Below, piece by piece: positions 37,913 through 47,935 of a stretch of DNA of 64,000 nucleotides. The notes under the pieces were generated by a model, which worked only from the letters and a program-made list of their open reading frames with translations, was not told the origin of the DNA and searched no databases. Within the stretch, counting starts at the first letter, position 1. Every line of letters begins with the position of its first letter. The position numbers and the translations under genes were made by a program. The stretch is from a virus. Its lineage: Duplodnaviria > Heunggongvirae > Uroviricota > Caudoviricetes. The stretch is from positions 1 to 64,000 of IMG/VR virus record IMGVR_UViG_3300028887_000002, one strand, 5' to 3'.

Positions 37913-39308
37913 ATCGTTTCTTTGATTTGACGCTGCAAATATACAACGTCTTTTTGAAACCACCAAACTTTTTTTGAAAAAAATAAATATTCTTGAAATT
38001 ATATATAAATATTGTTATATTTATATATAAAACGACTTTCATTATGAAGGAACTACGAGGTTACAGGTACAGGATTTATCCGAACGCCGAGCAGTCAACC
38101 ATAATTGCACGGACAATAGGGTGCGCCCGCCTCGTATATAACCTTCTCCTTGCGGACTTCACCTCCCAACTGGGCGGCGAGGAAAAACCCAAACTCCATG
38201 AAGTGACGTACTTCAAGAAGGACAGGCCGTTCTTGTCAGAAGTGGATTCGCTTGCTTTGGCAAACGCCAAACAGAACATCCAGACCGCCCTGACCAACTG
38301 GAGCAAGTCCAGGAAAGGTCAACGCAAGGGCAAAAGGGTCGGGTTCCCGACTTTCCACAGCAAGGCGAAATCCCGCCTGTCCTACAAGACGAACAACCAG
38401 AACGGAACCGTGAGGATTGAAGGTAATTACCTTAAACTGCCGAAGGTAGGCTATGTCAAGATTGTCCTTGACAGACCACCCGCTGGCGACATACGCTCGT
38501 GTACCGTGGAGCAGACAAGGGATGGAAAGTTCTTCGTGTCCCTCTGCATGGAGGTTGAGATTGAAACGAAACAAAAGAACAAACGATATGACGACCTCAA
38601 GGTCGTGGGGGTGGACATGTCATTCCCGCACTTCTCGGTCGACTCGGAAGAAATATCTGGCGATACGAAAGCCAAGTACGTCAGGCAGTACCGTGAGAAC
38701 GAGAAAAAGTTGAAACGGCTTCAACGCTGGGTTTCAAGGAAGAACAAGGGTTCTGCGAACTACGCGAAGGCGAAGCGGAGGCTTGCCGAACTGCATGCCT
38801 ACATTGCCAACTGCCGAAGGGATTTCTGCCACAAGACGTCCCGATGGTACGCGGAGAACTGGGACGTTATTGTCCTTGAGGGCATAAACATGCAGACGAT
38901 GGCACGGCTGCACAACAACGGCAAGTCCGCCAACGACCTTGGGTTCGGGATGTTCAAGGGATTTCTTGAATACAAGTGCAGGGAGACTGATTCCATCGTG
39001 ATGTATGTGGACAGATGGTTCGCAAGTAGCAAGACCTGCCACTGTTGTGGGTATAAGAAGACCGACTTGGAATTGAGGGACAGGAAGTGGACTTGTCCGC
39101 AGTGCGGAACGCACCACGACCGCGACCTGAACGCAGCCTTGAACCTCAGGGATTATTTTTACAGGGTCGTCACGGAAGAAAACTACAATACCGCAGGGAC
39201 TGCGGGAATTTACGCCTCAGGAGAGGCGACCTCTACGTTAAGGGAAACCTTAAGGCAAGCCGCCTCATTGAACGAGGAAACCCCTTCCTTCAGGTGGGGG
39301 TAGTTCAT
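37832..39308 (+). mobile_element. IS605/IS1341-type tnpB-only element inserted 3' of TTTAA
   Basis: LE and RE share CCTTCCTTCAGGTGGGGG (37851-37868, 39283-39300); precise removal restores a 57-aa minus-strand ORF; no target duplication. Confidence 0.9.
38044..39303 (+). CDS. tnpB: TnpB RNA-guided endonuclease
   Basis: YRYRIYPN..GCARLVYN, VGVDM, IVLEGIN, SSKTCHCCG..WTCPQCG, HDRDLNAA; ATG at 38044 after TATTTAT at 38018. Confidence 0.95.
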   Translation: MKELRGYRYRIYPNAEQSTIIARTIGCARLVYNLLLADFTSQLGGEEKPKLHEVTYFKKDRPFLSEVDSLALANAKQNIQTALTNWSKSRKGQRKGKRVGFPTFHSKAKSRLSYKTNNQNGTVRIEGNYLKLPKVGYVKIVLDRPPAGDIRSCTVEQTRDGKFFVSLCMEVEIETKQKNKRYDDLKVVGVDMSFPHFSVDSEEISGDTKAKYVRQYRENEKKLKRLQRWVSRKNKGSANYAKAKRRLAELHAYIANCRRDFCHKTSRWYAENWDVIVLEGINMQTMARLHNNGKSANDLGFGMFKGFLEYKCRETDSIVMYVDRWFASSKTCHCCGYKKTDLELRDRKWTCPQCGTHHDRDLNAALNLRDYFYRVVTEENYNTAGTAGIYASGEATSTLRETLRQAASLNEETPSFRWG

Positions 39309-39401
39309 CAGTGTTTCAAAAGCAACTGTTGCCTCCATCATTCCGCACACAGTTTCATCACGAATTATCTTTGCTATATATTTTTTATCGTCTGTGGTCA
39401 T
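39309..39401 (-). pseudogene. 5' half of the gene interrupted by the IS
   Basis: MTTDDKKY...VAFETL joins LNAIKSAPH... in frame. Confidence 0.7.
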
Positions 39402-39402
39402 A

Positions 39403-39864
39403 CTATTCTTCTGAATTTAAAATGTCATAATATGGTTTAAATTTACCTTTAAAGTGACCAACGGCTACTGCATAATACCATAAAGTTCTCAATGCCAAAT
39501 TACTGAATTGCATTGGAAGTGTTCTACCTACTAAATGTCCTTCGTTGCATTCATCCAATGTCAAAATCTCTTTTGGCTTATTGTCAGAGCACCAATCATT
39601 GAAGTACATTTTTTCAGCATTATCTGCTACTACATAAATGCACTTACTAAGGTCAAAAGTATTATTTTCAAAATCACCCTTAACTGCACTATAACACATT
39701 AAATAGTCATTTAAAGTCTTGATTATATTTGCTCTCTGTTGAAATTTCTTTTCATCCGCTTTAAATTCTAAATATTCCTTCTCAATCTTATCGTGATTTA
39801 CTTTAGAATACAATCTATCAAAGTCTTCAAAAGAAATTTTCTTATCTAACATATAAACACTCAT
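39403..39864 (-). CDS. hypothetical protein
   Basis: Operon packing. Confidence 0.55.
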   Translation of the reverse strand: MSVYMLDKKISFEDFDRLYSKVNHDKIEKEYLEFKADEKKFQQRANIIKTLNDYLMCYSAVKGDFENNTFDLSKCIYVVADNAEKMYFNDWCSDNKPKEILTLDECNEGHLVGRTLPMQFSNLALRTLWYYAVAVGHFKGKFKPYYDILNSEE

Positions 39865-39896
39865 AATATAATTGTTTTTTTATATTTTATAAATCT

Positions 39897-40319
39897 TTAC
39901 TTTGAACTGTTTGCTTTATAGTATTCTTTTCGCTCTTCTATAATCTTTTCAATGTTCAATATGTCATCAAACGTGCAAAAGCCGTAAGTATGATTGTTTC
40001 CATCAAAACGATAGTGCAAAGGAGAATACTTTAATATCACTTTATTTGGATGTACCGTAACATGATTGAACATAGAAAATGGAAAATGTGGAACATTTCT
40101 ATCATCTAAGAAAGCATCAATAAAATATTCCCAGTCTGGATATGACTTTATATGCAATAATATTGTATTTTCATCTGAATATATTACTTCTTGGTCTGTA
40201 CGGATTTTCATATATCTATCAGCAGCATCTTGCATCACTTTAGATATATTTTCTACTTTTGAATTAGTAAGTAACTCTCGTTCTATTTTAACTCTGTCAA
40301 AAACTTTTTTATTTTCCAT
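39897..40319 (-). CDS. hypothetical protein
   Basis: 140-aa ORF. Confidence 0.55.
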   Translation of the reverse strand: MENKKVFDRVKIERELLTNSKVENISKVMQDAADRYMKIRTDQEVIYSDENTILLHIKSYPDWEYFIDAFLDDRNVPHFPFSMFNHVTVHPNKVILKYSPLHYRFDGNNHTYGFCTFDDILNIEKIIEERKEYYKANSSK

Positions 40320-40496
40320 TGTATTATTTTTTTATTTTATATTAAGTTATTTAATTTATTAAAATTCTTAACAAAAGATTCACAAAATGACCATGATGTA
40401 ATCTTACTATTCTCTACGCACGAAAGAATATGATTGACTTCATCTTCTGCCACTTTATTCAGTGTTTCTTTCACAATATCTTCAGTTCTCATAAGC

Positions 40497-41021
40497 CTAT
40501 TCCTTCTCCTTCAACTTTATCGGCTGCAATGTGCGGAATATCTCATCGAACAGGGTGTGATTACACTCGAAGAAATACTCGTAAACTTGACCAATAAGAT
40601 TGCTTGATTCTGCGAAGCCCATAAAGTAATGCTCCTTGCAGTCGAGGTGTATCTTGTTGAGCGTTTCAATGAAATCCGTACAGGAAGTGCCGAACACATG
40701 TGCAATACCACCAGCCGAATAAACCCATTTTTCGATGATATAGCCTTCCTTATACAACCACTTCGGAGTCAGACCGCCTTCATACAACTTCCAATACTTC
40801 AGCGATGGTAGGTTGGTCTTTTCTAACTTTTCCTTAAACTCATCAATCGGTACGGCAATCCATACGCATACATCCGTCACTGGATAACCCTCTCTTAATT
40901 TTTCACAAAGATAATCGGTGACAATCCCCTTGAACTCCTTGTATGTATCCGTAGGCACATTATTCTTCTTCACATCATTGAAGAACTCTTCCCAAAACTT
41001 GTTACAAATGTCTGTAATCAT
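40497..41021 (-). CDS. hypothetical protein
   Basis: 174-aa ORF. Confidence 0.55.
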   Translation of the reverse strand: MITDICNKFWEEFFNDVKKNNVPTDTYKEFKGIVTDYLCEKLREGYPVTDVCVWIAVPIDEFKEKLEKTNLPSLKYWKLYEGGLTPKWLYKEGYIIEKWVYSAGGIAHVFGTSCTDFIETLNKIHLDCKEHYFMGFAESSNLIGQVYEYFFECNHTLFDEIFRTLQPIKLKEKE

Positions 41022-41048
41022 AATCTTAAAAATTTATTTTTATTAAAC

Positions 41049-42326
41049 CTATTCCTTGTTATATACTAATCTTCCTATTGGACTTTTGCCAAACTTAACC
41101 TCGTAGATTCGCCCAGTTCCCATCTCACTGTACCAGTCACGACAGGTCTTGATTCGTTCCAATGCTTCTTCCATAGTCTTGCAGTACACTGTTATCTCGG
41201 TGTCGGATTCGTCCACCGTGTTCTCTATGTAGTAGAACTTGCTGTAGTCGGTTGTCTTCTTTTCATTGTCCTTCTCGAATTTTTTCTGCAAATTTTTGAA
41301 GTCAGCTATCTCTTGCTCCGTGGCATACTCGTACTTGTTTATTTCATCCTGCGTAAGAGCATAGCGAGTACCTTCGGAATCATAACAGAACCAGCATCTT
41401 CCTGCGCTGTTGTAGCCATCCACCCTAAACAAATGCAAATAGCCTATCCCGACTGTCCTGTCAATTATAATGTCATTGGTATGGAACATCTTGTCCGTTG
41501 CTTTGGTGTTGGCTTCTTCAATGTTCTTTTTCTCTGCATCTATAATCTTCGGCATCACCTCGTTGCGATGCTCCATCATCTTCCGCAGCACTTTCTTCGG
41601 GTCACAGCAGAACACCTCGCATACCACGCGGAATGTATCGTTTCTGTGCTTCTCGTACATATCTTCCAATATGTCTTCATCGTCCAATAACCCCATATTT
41701 TCGGCAAGCGCGTATGCTGGGTGCAACCTGCCCCAAGTTTTCGCCTGTGCCTTTATGATATTATTGGTAATCTCAATAGTTTCTTTAAGGTCAAGTTGTT
41801 TCTTTGCGTCCTTGTTGTCTTTCTCGAATTTGTCCTGTGACTCTCTGAACAACATCTGTTCTTCCTTCGTAGCATATCGGTAGTTCTTCAATTCTATATC
41901 AAGTATAGAAATATTGGCATTATCCTTGTCAATACACTCTAAATACTTACCATTAAAACCTCTAACCTTAAATACAGGATAATATGGAAGACCCGTAAGC
42001 GGATGATTTCTATAAATTATGTCACCATCCTTGAACAAGCGTGCCTGCCAGTTCTTCCAACTCCTATATGATTGGGATGGGAACAGCATACATTCCGAAG
42101 TATCTATTTCATTTTCTTCTTCAATTCTTCCACAAGGTTTCCCAGATTCATTAAACTTATATGTAATATACGAGTATCGTTTATTCTTCGGGTCTAATTT
42201 TGATACTCTTACAAAGATAAAGTTCCGTGAACACTCCAAAAACTCACAATATCCGTACAATGGGCTGTAAAGCCTCGTGTATAATGGACAGTCCCTTAAA
42301 AATTCAATTATTCTTTCTTGTTTCAT
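41049..42326 (-). CDS. modular hypothetical protein (paralog of 60628-61497)
   Basis: LYSPLYG...ECMLFPS..R.W..WQ..LFK.GD and repeated Y.YAT.E modules. Confidence 0.65.
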   Translation of the reverse strand: MKQERIIEFLRDCPLYTRLYSPLYGYCEFLECSRNFIFVRVSKLDPKNKRYSYITYKFNESGKPCGRIEEENEIDTSECMLFPSQSYRSWKNWQARLFKDGDIIYRNHPLTGLPYYPVFKVRGFNGKYLECIDKDNANISILDIELKNYRYATKEEQMLFRESQDKFEKDNKDAKKQLDLKETIEITNNIIKAQAKTWGRLHPAYALAENMGLLDDEDILEDMYEKHRNDTFRVVCEVFCCDPKKVLRKMMEHRNEVMPKIIDAEKKNIEEANTKATDKMFHTNDIIIDRTVGIGYLHLFRVDGYNSAGRCWFCYDSEGTRYALTQDEINKYEYATEQEIADFKNLQKKFEKDNEKKTTDYSKFYYIENTVDESDTEITVYCKTMEEALERIKTCRDWYSEMGTGRIYEVKFGKSPIGRLVYNKE

Positions 42327-42343
42327 AATATGTAAAATTTTAT

Positions 42344-42727
42344 TTAGTTATACATTCCTTCTTCCGCCTCCACAGCCAAGCCCTTCGGTATTAAACCTCG
42401 CCAGTCGAAGTGATGAGCATTAAGCCAATCAATATAATTGGGTATTGCATCCTCAATACCCCCTTCAATATCATCAAGGAAAGCACATCTTCTTGTATCC
42501 TCTTCCTTTGTCATACTTTTCATTGACCGCAAGTACGGCTTGAATATAATCTCGTGGAAGTACAGCCTTGTAATCTTCCCGCTTATGTACCCCAGACAGT
42601 AGTCGTGCTGGACTCTGGTCTTCCACCCCTCGTCCGAACCTTCGGTCTCCATAAGCACCCAAGTATTGTACGGCACTCTTGCTGACAAGTCCTTTATGAG
42701 CAGTTTCTTTTGTTCTTCGGTTATCAT
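42344..42727 (-). CDS. hypothetical protein, paralog A
   Basis: LLIKDLSARVPY..KPYLRSM.SMT.EE..IDWLNAHHFD.RGLIPKGLA. Confidence 0.7.
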   Translation of the reverse strand: MITEEQKKLLIKDLSARVPYNTWVLMETEGSDEGWKTRVQHDYCLGYISGKITRLYFHEIIFKPYLRSMKSMTKEEDTRRCAFLDDIEGGIEDAIPNYIDWLNAHHFDWRGLIPKGLAVEAEEGMYN

Positions 42728-42730
42728 AAA

Positions 42731-42952
42731 TTAATAATTTGGTTCATATACTAAAATTCCTACATTGTAATAGTAAAAATATGCTGGAAGTTCTGTTTGG
42801 TCAATCTTTTTAGACTTACTTAAATAGTCTTCTAACATATCGTTAGAAAAAGTTCTAATATGTTGATTATCTCCACTATGCTCGCAATTTCCACAAAATG
42901 GATATTCAGTTCCGTATGTTTCTAGATTGTATCTTTCTTTTTCGACAGTCAT
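42731..42952 (-). CDS. hypothetical protein
   Basis: Operon packing. Confidence 0.5.
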   Translation of the reverse strand: MTVEKERYNLETYGTEYPFCGNCEHSGDNQHIRTFSNDMLEDYLSKSKKIDQTELPAYFYYYNVGILVYEPNY

Positions 42953-42965
42953 AATTGGTTGTTTT

Positions 42966-43361
42966 TTATTTATACATCCCTTCTTCCGATTCCAATGCCA
43001 AGCCCTTCGGTATTAAACCTCTATAGTCGAAGTGATGCGCATTGAGCCAATCAATGCTGTCAGCGATAGAATAATCAGCGTCATACATCCACCTTTCAGT
43101 AATATATTGATATTCCACCTTTTCTTCCTCCGTCATACTCTCCATTGGGCGGAGATAAGGTTTAATGTTTTCAAGTGTTTTTGTATCATTCCAGAATGAA
43201 GCAATCCAAGTTCCTTTACGCCAAGCCCAAGTGGATTTGGCGAGTTTCTCTATGGAATAGATTGTTATCGGGTTATTATGCCCATTAACTTTTGCTTTAA
43301 CACCATATGATAATCTTGCAGTTAAATCTTTCAATAATATTTTCTTTTCTTCATCTGTCAT
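42966..43361 (-). CDS. hypothetical protein, paralog B
   Basis: Same terminal motifs as 42344-42727. Confidence 0.7.
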   Translation of the reverse strand: MTDEEKKILLKDLTARLSYGVKAKVNGHNNPITIYSIEKLAKSTWAWRKGTWIASFWNDTKTLENIKPYLRPMESMTEEEKVEYQYITERWMYDADYSIADSIDWLNAHHFDYRGLIPKGLALESEEGMYK

Positions 43362-43535
43362 ATCTCAATCATTTTGTTGTCCCTTAATACAATCTTATGG
43401 TAGCCGTATGGCACTTCCACCCGCCTCGTGAACATACCCTCTCTGGCGTTGACTGGCGAGCCGACATACACTTGCGGTATCATTTCGTAGTCATGGAACT
43501 CTATGTGAAACTCCTTCGGCTTCATATTCTAAATG

Positions 43536-43817
43536 TTAGGCATAATATTCTTCTGGCATAGGTACTTCGTATTCAACAGTATCAAAAATACCAATACCAA
43601 TATATGAATTGAATATCTTTTGTGCAACCATTTCATAAGGTATTAAAGTTATTACCTTCACATCGTCGGTAATAATTTCAGGCTCTTTAAATTTCTTTTC
43701 CAAGTGTTTAAGGTATGCACTCATTTTTGTCCTCTGCTTTTTTGTTAATGGTTTTATATGTTCCCCATTAACAAGCATATATTTTTCAATATGCTCTAAA
43801 ATTTTTTCTGTGTTCAT
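43536..43817 (-). CDS. hypothetical protein
   Basis: Start moved to MNTEK. Confidence 0.5.
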   Translation of the reverse strand: MNTEKILEHIEKYMLVNGEHIKPLTKKQRTKMSAYLKHLEKKFKEPEIITDDVKVITLIPYEMVAQKIFNSYIGIGIFDTVEYEVPMPEEYYA

Positions 43818-43936
43818 AGTCAATATTTTTAATTTAGTTATAATGTACCGTGTCCTTCGTGTCGGCTTCGCCGTCCGCCATATCCAGCACTTCCCTGACC
43901 GAGTAGTCGCCCCCGTCAAAGACCTTGTACTTCGCG

Positions 43937-44362
43937 TCAATGCCTTCCTTCCTCATAGATAAGTTTCCTTGTATGTGTGACCATCTTTAGTGCTTGAATC
44001 AACTCGTTCATCAGAATATCGGAAAAATCATTGAACCCAATGAACTGGTTATATTTTTCCTGCTCTTTCTCACTCAAACTATTCCACTTATCCATCATAC
44101 ATTGCCACCATTCGTGAGACTGCTTGCTTGCATATTCGTGAATCATTTCATCTGTAACAATATCCTCCCAAGATACATCGGTTTGTTTACTGATTTCTGT
44201 ACTCAACATATTTGCCAATTCTTTTTCTTGTTCTTCTGTAACATCTGCCACGACTATTGGCTTACCCATAGGCTCAAAAGTCACAGTGCATTCAATCGGT
44301 TTTCCGTCTTTGCCTCTTGGAATGCCACCTTTGACAGTTTTAGATATTAGTTCTATTTCCAT
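43937..44362 (-). CDS. hypothetical protein
   Basis: Operon packing. Confidence 0.5.
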   Translation of the reverse strand: MEIELISKTVKGGIPRGKDGKPIECTVTFEPMGKPIVVADVTEEQEKELANMLSTEISKQTDVSWEDIVTDEMIHEYASKQSHEWWQCMMDKWNSLSEKEQEKYNQFIGFNDFSDILMNELIQALKMVTHTRKLIYEEGRH

Positions 44363-44371
44363 AACCTATAA

Positions 44372-44647
44372 CTATTCCTCTGTTGATTTGAATTCAAAAG
44401 GTATGATACTACGGATTTCTTCGATAAGTTCCATATAGTCGTGTCCGACAAGACCTATCTCGGTTATACAGGTTTCGTCTTCGTTAGTATCGAAGAATGG
44501 TACACTCTTTCCATCCTTCATTATACAACCCAAACATGAGTGTGGTGTGTGACGGTTGTCCATTTCGTAATCAACCTTAACTGTGTAGCCGTTCTTGACC
44601 AGTTCGTCAATCGGCAGTCTGTTTGTAATGTGAATAGTCTTAATCAT
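44372..44647 (-). CDS. hypothetical protein
   Basis: Start moved to MIKTIH. Confidence 0.5.
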   Translation of the reverse strand: MIKTIHITNRLPIDELVKNGYTVKVDYEMDNRHTPHSCLGCIMKDGKSVPFFDTNEDETCITEIGLVGHDYMELIEEIRSIIPFEFKSTEE

Positions 44648-44654
44648 AGTTTCG

Positions 44655-44981
44655 TTAATTTTTGTGTTTATATTCAGCAATTTTTGATGTGAAAATGACA
44701 TACATATTTTTCCCTTGAATCTTTTTGATTGGGCATTTGTTTTCCTTTGCGACCTGTCGGAATGCAGAAGCAAACTTCTTGTCTGCGCCAGTTATGCAGA
44801 TTTCAAAGACATAGTGGTACGGTTGCTGGTAGAGTTCGTTCTTGAAGTAGGTGAAACTTTCAATCTTTGCACCGCAACGCAATGACTTGATTTGTTTCAG
44901 TATGTCTTCGTGACGTTTTTCAACTGCCTCCAAACGTTCTCTTTTTGACATTTTCTGATATTTTTCAATTGTTTCTTTCAT
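44655..44981 (-). CDS. hypothetical protein
   Basis: Behind the promoter at 45007-45037. Confidence 0.55.
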   Translation of the reverse strand: MKETIEKYQKMSKRERLEAVEKRHEDILKQIKSLRCGAKIESFTYFKNELYQQPYHYVFEICITGADKKFASAFRQVAKENKCPIKKIQGKNMYVIFTSKIAEYKHKN

Positions 44982-45048
44982 ATCTTATTTTCTTTCAAAT
45001 TTTGCACAAAGTTAAACAATATATTTCAAACCACAAAACAAAATTTCA

Positions 45049-46164
45049 CTAATTTGAATATTTGTTGAGAAAATCCTTTATAGCATCCTTTATTGCTGTC
45101 GCTAAAAATGTTGGCACCGCATTAGCAATTTGAAGGTTCTTATCTTTTTTTGTACCATAGAACATGTAGTTATCAGGGAAACCTTGTATTCTTGCGCCTT
45201 CTCTCCTTGTTAATGGTCTGGGCTGTTTAGGGTGGATACTGCGTGTGGCTGATGCTGTATCGAAATTCCTTGTAATTGTTGTGGAAGGACGATTCCACCA
45301 AAGTCTGCAATAGAAATTGTTGAACCCAACTGTTGGTCTTAATTCCTCTGGTGCATCCAAAGGTGTTCCGCCATCGGGAAGTGAATCCATAAAGGCGACC
45401 AGTTTCGGTGTAATCTTTGGACAATCGTGGTCGGTTATCTTTGATGGGGCATCATTTCGCATAAGTCTTTGGTATTCGTTTTCTGGTTCGATGGTATAAT
45501 TGACCCAAGATTGATTTGTACCAATGACAGGTAAATCACCGATTGCTTCACCCAGCGTAACATAAGGTGATAACCCTTCTTTATAGGAATCTGGCTCTTC
45601 AGGATTATAATGTGTTGGTTGAGGATATGTGAATTCGTATCCCAAATTATTACCTACGATTATTACCCTTTCCCTAATTTGAGGTGTTCCATAATCAGCC
45701 GCGTTCATTAGTTTAATGTCAACATGATACCCTAATGATTCAAAGAGACTTATTATCTTTTTTATTAGTTTGCCACCTTCCATTGAGAGAAGCCCTTTGA
45801 CATTTTCAAAGACAAACATTTTGGGCTTAATTTCCAACAATATGCGATAATATTGTTGGAACAATTTCCCTCTTTCGTCACCTTCTGCTCTTTTTCCTGC
45901 GGTAGAGTATGCTTGGCAAGGAGGCCCGCCTATTACAACGTCAACATCACCTTCCTTTATACCCAGGTCTTCAGTTAGATTTTTCAGTCCAAAATCCTTG
46001 ATGTCACAGTTATACATTTTGACTGTGGGATGGTTTAAAGAATATGCTTTTGCCATTGGCTTAAGTATTTCATTCGCGGCGACAATTTCAAAAGATTTGT
46101 CGTGGGCAAAACCATATGAGAGGCCACCAACACCAGAAAATATGTCAATCACTTTATATGCCAT
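45049..46164 (-). CDS. dcm: DNA (cytosine-5) methyltransferase
   Basis: DIFSGVGG, GGPPCQ, FENVKG, PQIRER, REGARIQGFPD, QIANAVP. Confidence 0.95.
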   Translation of the reverse strand: MAYKVIDIFSGVGGLSYGFAHDKSFEIVAANEILKPMAKAYSLNHPTVKMYNCDIKDFGLKNLTEDLGIKEGDVDVVIGGPPCQAYSTAGKRAEGDERGKLFQQYYRILLEIKPKMFVFENVKGLLSMEGGKLIKKIISLFESLGYHVDIKLMNAADYGTPQIRERVIIVGNNLGYEFTYPQPTHYNPEEPDSYKEGLSPYVTLGEAIGDLPVIGTNQSWVNYTIEPENEYQRLMRNDAPSKITDHDCPKITPKLVAFMDSLPDGGTPLDAPEELRPTVGFNNFYCRLWWNRPSTTITRNFDTASATRSIHPKQPRPLTRREGARIQGFPDNYMFYGTKKDKNLQIANAVPTFLATAIKDAIKDFLNKYSN

Positions 46165-46171
46165 AGTATCA

Positions 46172-46417
46172 TTAACTTTCGATTGTTTCCTTGAAAGCAT
46201 TGATGTATGTTTCATAAGGTATTTTCACCTTGTTCCATATATCTTCGCTTATTTCAGTTATCCCGTTGTCATCAAAACTAATGGTTTTATATTCAAAATA
46301 AGTTATTTCATTCTTTGCAGCATCCACAATCTTGAACTTTGATATCGAAAAGATTGTCGGACTTTCCTTCACGACCTTAATTAGGCTCTTGCCTGTTTTG
46401 TAATATTTAACTTCCAT
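46172..46417 (-). CDS. hypothetical protein
   Basis: Operon packing. Confidence 0.5.
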   Translation of the reverse strand: MEVKYYKTGKSLIKVVKESPTIFSISKFKIVDAAKNEITYFEYKTISFDDNGITEISEDIWNKVKIPYETYINAFKETIES

Positions 46418-47274
46418 TATTTCTTCAATGTTTCGATTAGTATTTTTGTCACATCTGGACAGTTAATTTTCTCATAGGTTTCATCTGGTTTCAGCCAAAT
46501 CAACTTTCTTGCCAATACCTTATAACCAAGTTTCTCAAGTGGAATTTGATAAAGGGACTGTTGTATAATATAGTGCGAATATGCGCAGTCAGTAAGATAG
46601 TCGAATGGTTTCAGCATATGGATGTCGTTCGTTTCGTTATATTCATTATACAATGACCCGTTTGTCTTATAGTCCATTATGACCAACCCACTCTTGCTGT
46701 CGTCGGTAGGATGCTTGTAGTATACGAGTTTATCAAATGTACCAGCATAACCAAGTTCCTCATTATACACCATTGTTTCGGCAAGGACTGAATACATGCT
46801 GTCAACATTGAACAAGTCCTCGTTGAACTGGGCGACAGCCTCCTGTTTTGGTGATACTGGATAGAAATAGCCGTCAACCAACTGTATCTTGAATCTATCG
46901 TTAATATCATCGGGGTTGCCCAATAACAAGTGATGCCACATTTCGCCATATTCATGTACAACAGTACCAAGCGTACAGGCCTTATCTGCGTTACGTTTCC
47001 ACATGTCCTTGACTATCTCAGCATCCATATCGTGTTTGAGAGCATATCTCTCGGCGATATCATCCCAGTCGGCTTCTGGTTCAAACAACTTGACAGTTGC
47101 GCTGACGGAACGCAAGTCAACCTTCTTCCGTCCCCTCTTCACATAATATGTGTGTGAAGAAGGAACGAATACAAGGTCTTTGAATTCGGAAAGAATATGT
47201 TGTCTAATCTCGTTAACCTCTGGAGGTTCGGGATGGGACTGTATTCTCTTCTGAATTTCAGTTACACTCAACAT
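46417..47274 (-). CDS. PD-(D/E)XK (RecB/Cas4-like) exonuclease
   Basis: HTYY, SVS, GTVVH, AE, AGTFD, DYKTN, Y.IQQSLY. Confidence 0.85.
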   Translation of the reverse strand: MLSVTEIQKRIQSHPEPPEVNEIRQHILSEFKDLVFVPSSHTYYVKRGRKKVDLRSVSATVKLFEPEADWDDIAERYALKHDMDAEIVKDMWKRNADKACTLGTVVHEYGEMWHHLLLGNPDDINDRFKIQLVDGYFYPVSPKQEAVAQFNEDLFNVDSMYSVLAETMVYNEELGYAGTFDKLVYYKHPTDDSKSGLVIMDYKTNGSLYNEYNETNDIHMLKPFDYLTDCAYSHYIIQQSLYQIPLEKLGYKVLARKLIWLKPDETYEKINCPDVTKILIETLKK

Positions 47275-47288
47275 AAATCGGAAAAGAA

Positions 47289-47741
47289 TTAGAATGGTAA
47301 ATCGTCATCGTTAGTATCGGGAACTACCACTGCTTCGGGTGCTTTTGGTTCAGACTTTGGTTTTGCAACTGACTTTGCAGGTGCTGGTGTCTGTACTGCC
47401 TGTGGTTCGCCAGTTGTTGTACCTTCTTCATCCTTCTTACCAGTCGAAGCAAACGTCATATAGTGGACGGTTATTGTTTTGCCTTCCTGATGGATACCGT
47501 TCTTGTCGGTGTAGGAATCATACCTCAGTTCACCAGTAAGGATTACGGAACTTCCCTTCTTCAAGTTCTTTGCCATGTTGAAGAATGGCGAATTCTCCCA
47601 GCAATTAACTGTGTGCCAGTAGGTCTCTTCTCTGCCGTACTCGTTGTTTCCCAAACGGAATGTTACATACTTGCTACCCTTCTTGGTAGTCTCGACTTTT
47701 GCATCAGCACCAACGTGCCCTGTTAAATTAATTTCGTACAT
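47289..47741 (-). CDS. ssb: single-stranded DNA-binding protein
   Basis: LTGHVGAD, WHTVNCW, LKKGSSV..TGEL, C-terminal DDDLPF; promoter at 47812-47843. Confidence 0.92.
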   Translation of the reverse strand: MYEINLTGHVGADAKVETTKKGSKYVTFRLGNNEYGREETYWHTVNCWENSPFFNMAKNLKKGSSVILTGELRYDSYTDKNGIHQEGKTITVHYMTFASTGKKDEEGTTTGEPQAVQTPAPAKSVAKPKSEPKAPEAVVVPDTNDDDLPF

Positions 47742-47935
47742 CTTGCGTAAAAATTAAGTTTTACATTTATAATTAAAAATTCACTTTCATTTTTTTTTGA
47801 AGTTTGCGAGACAAAGATATATATAATTCTTCAATCTCACAAACTTTTTCTTAAAAATTTTTCAATTAATTCCAATAGAGGAAAACTTGTTCGTCTGTAT
47901 GATTCTCTTTTTCAGATTGTTCTGTAGGAGTTTCA

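Noticed and set aside
45049-46164. Restriction-modification system
   Set aside because: No cognate endonuclease is evident; best read as an orphan protective methyltransferase.
46417-47274. CRISPR-associated Cas4
   Set aside because: No Fe-S cysteine cluster and no cas genes or array; it is an ordinary phage PD-(D/E)XK exonuclease next to ssb.
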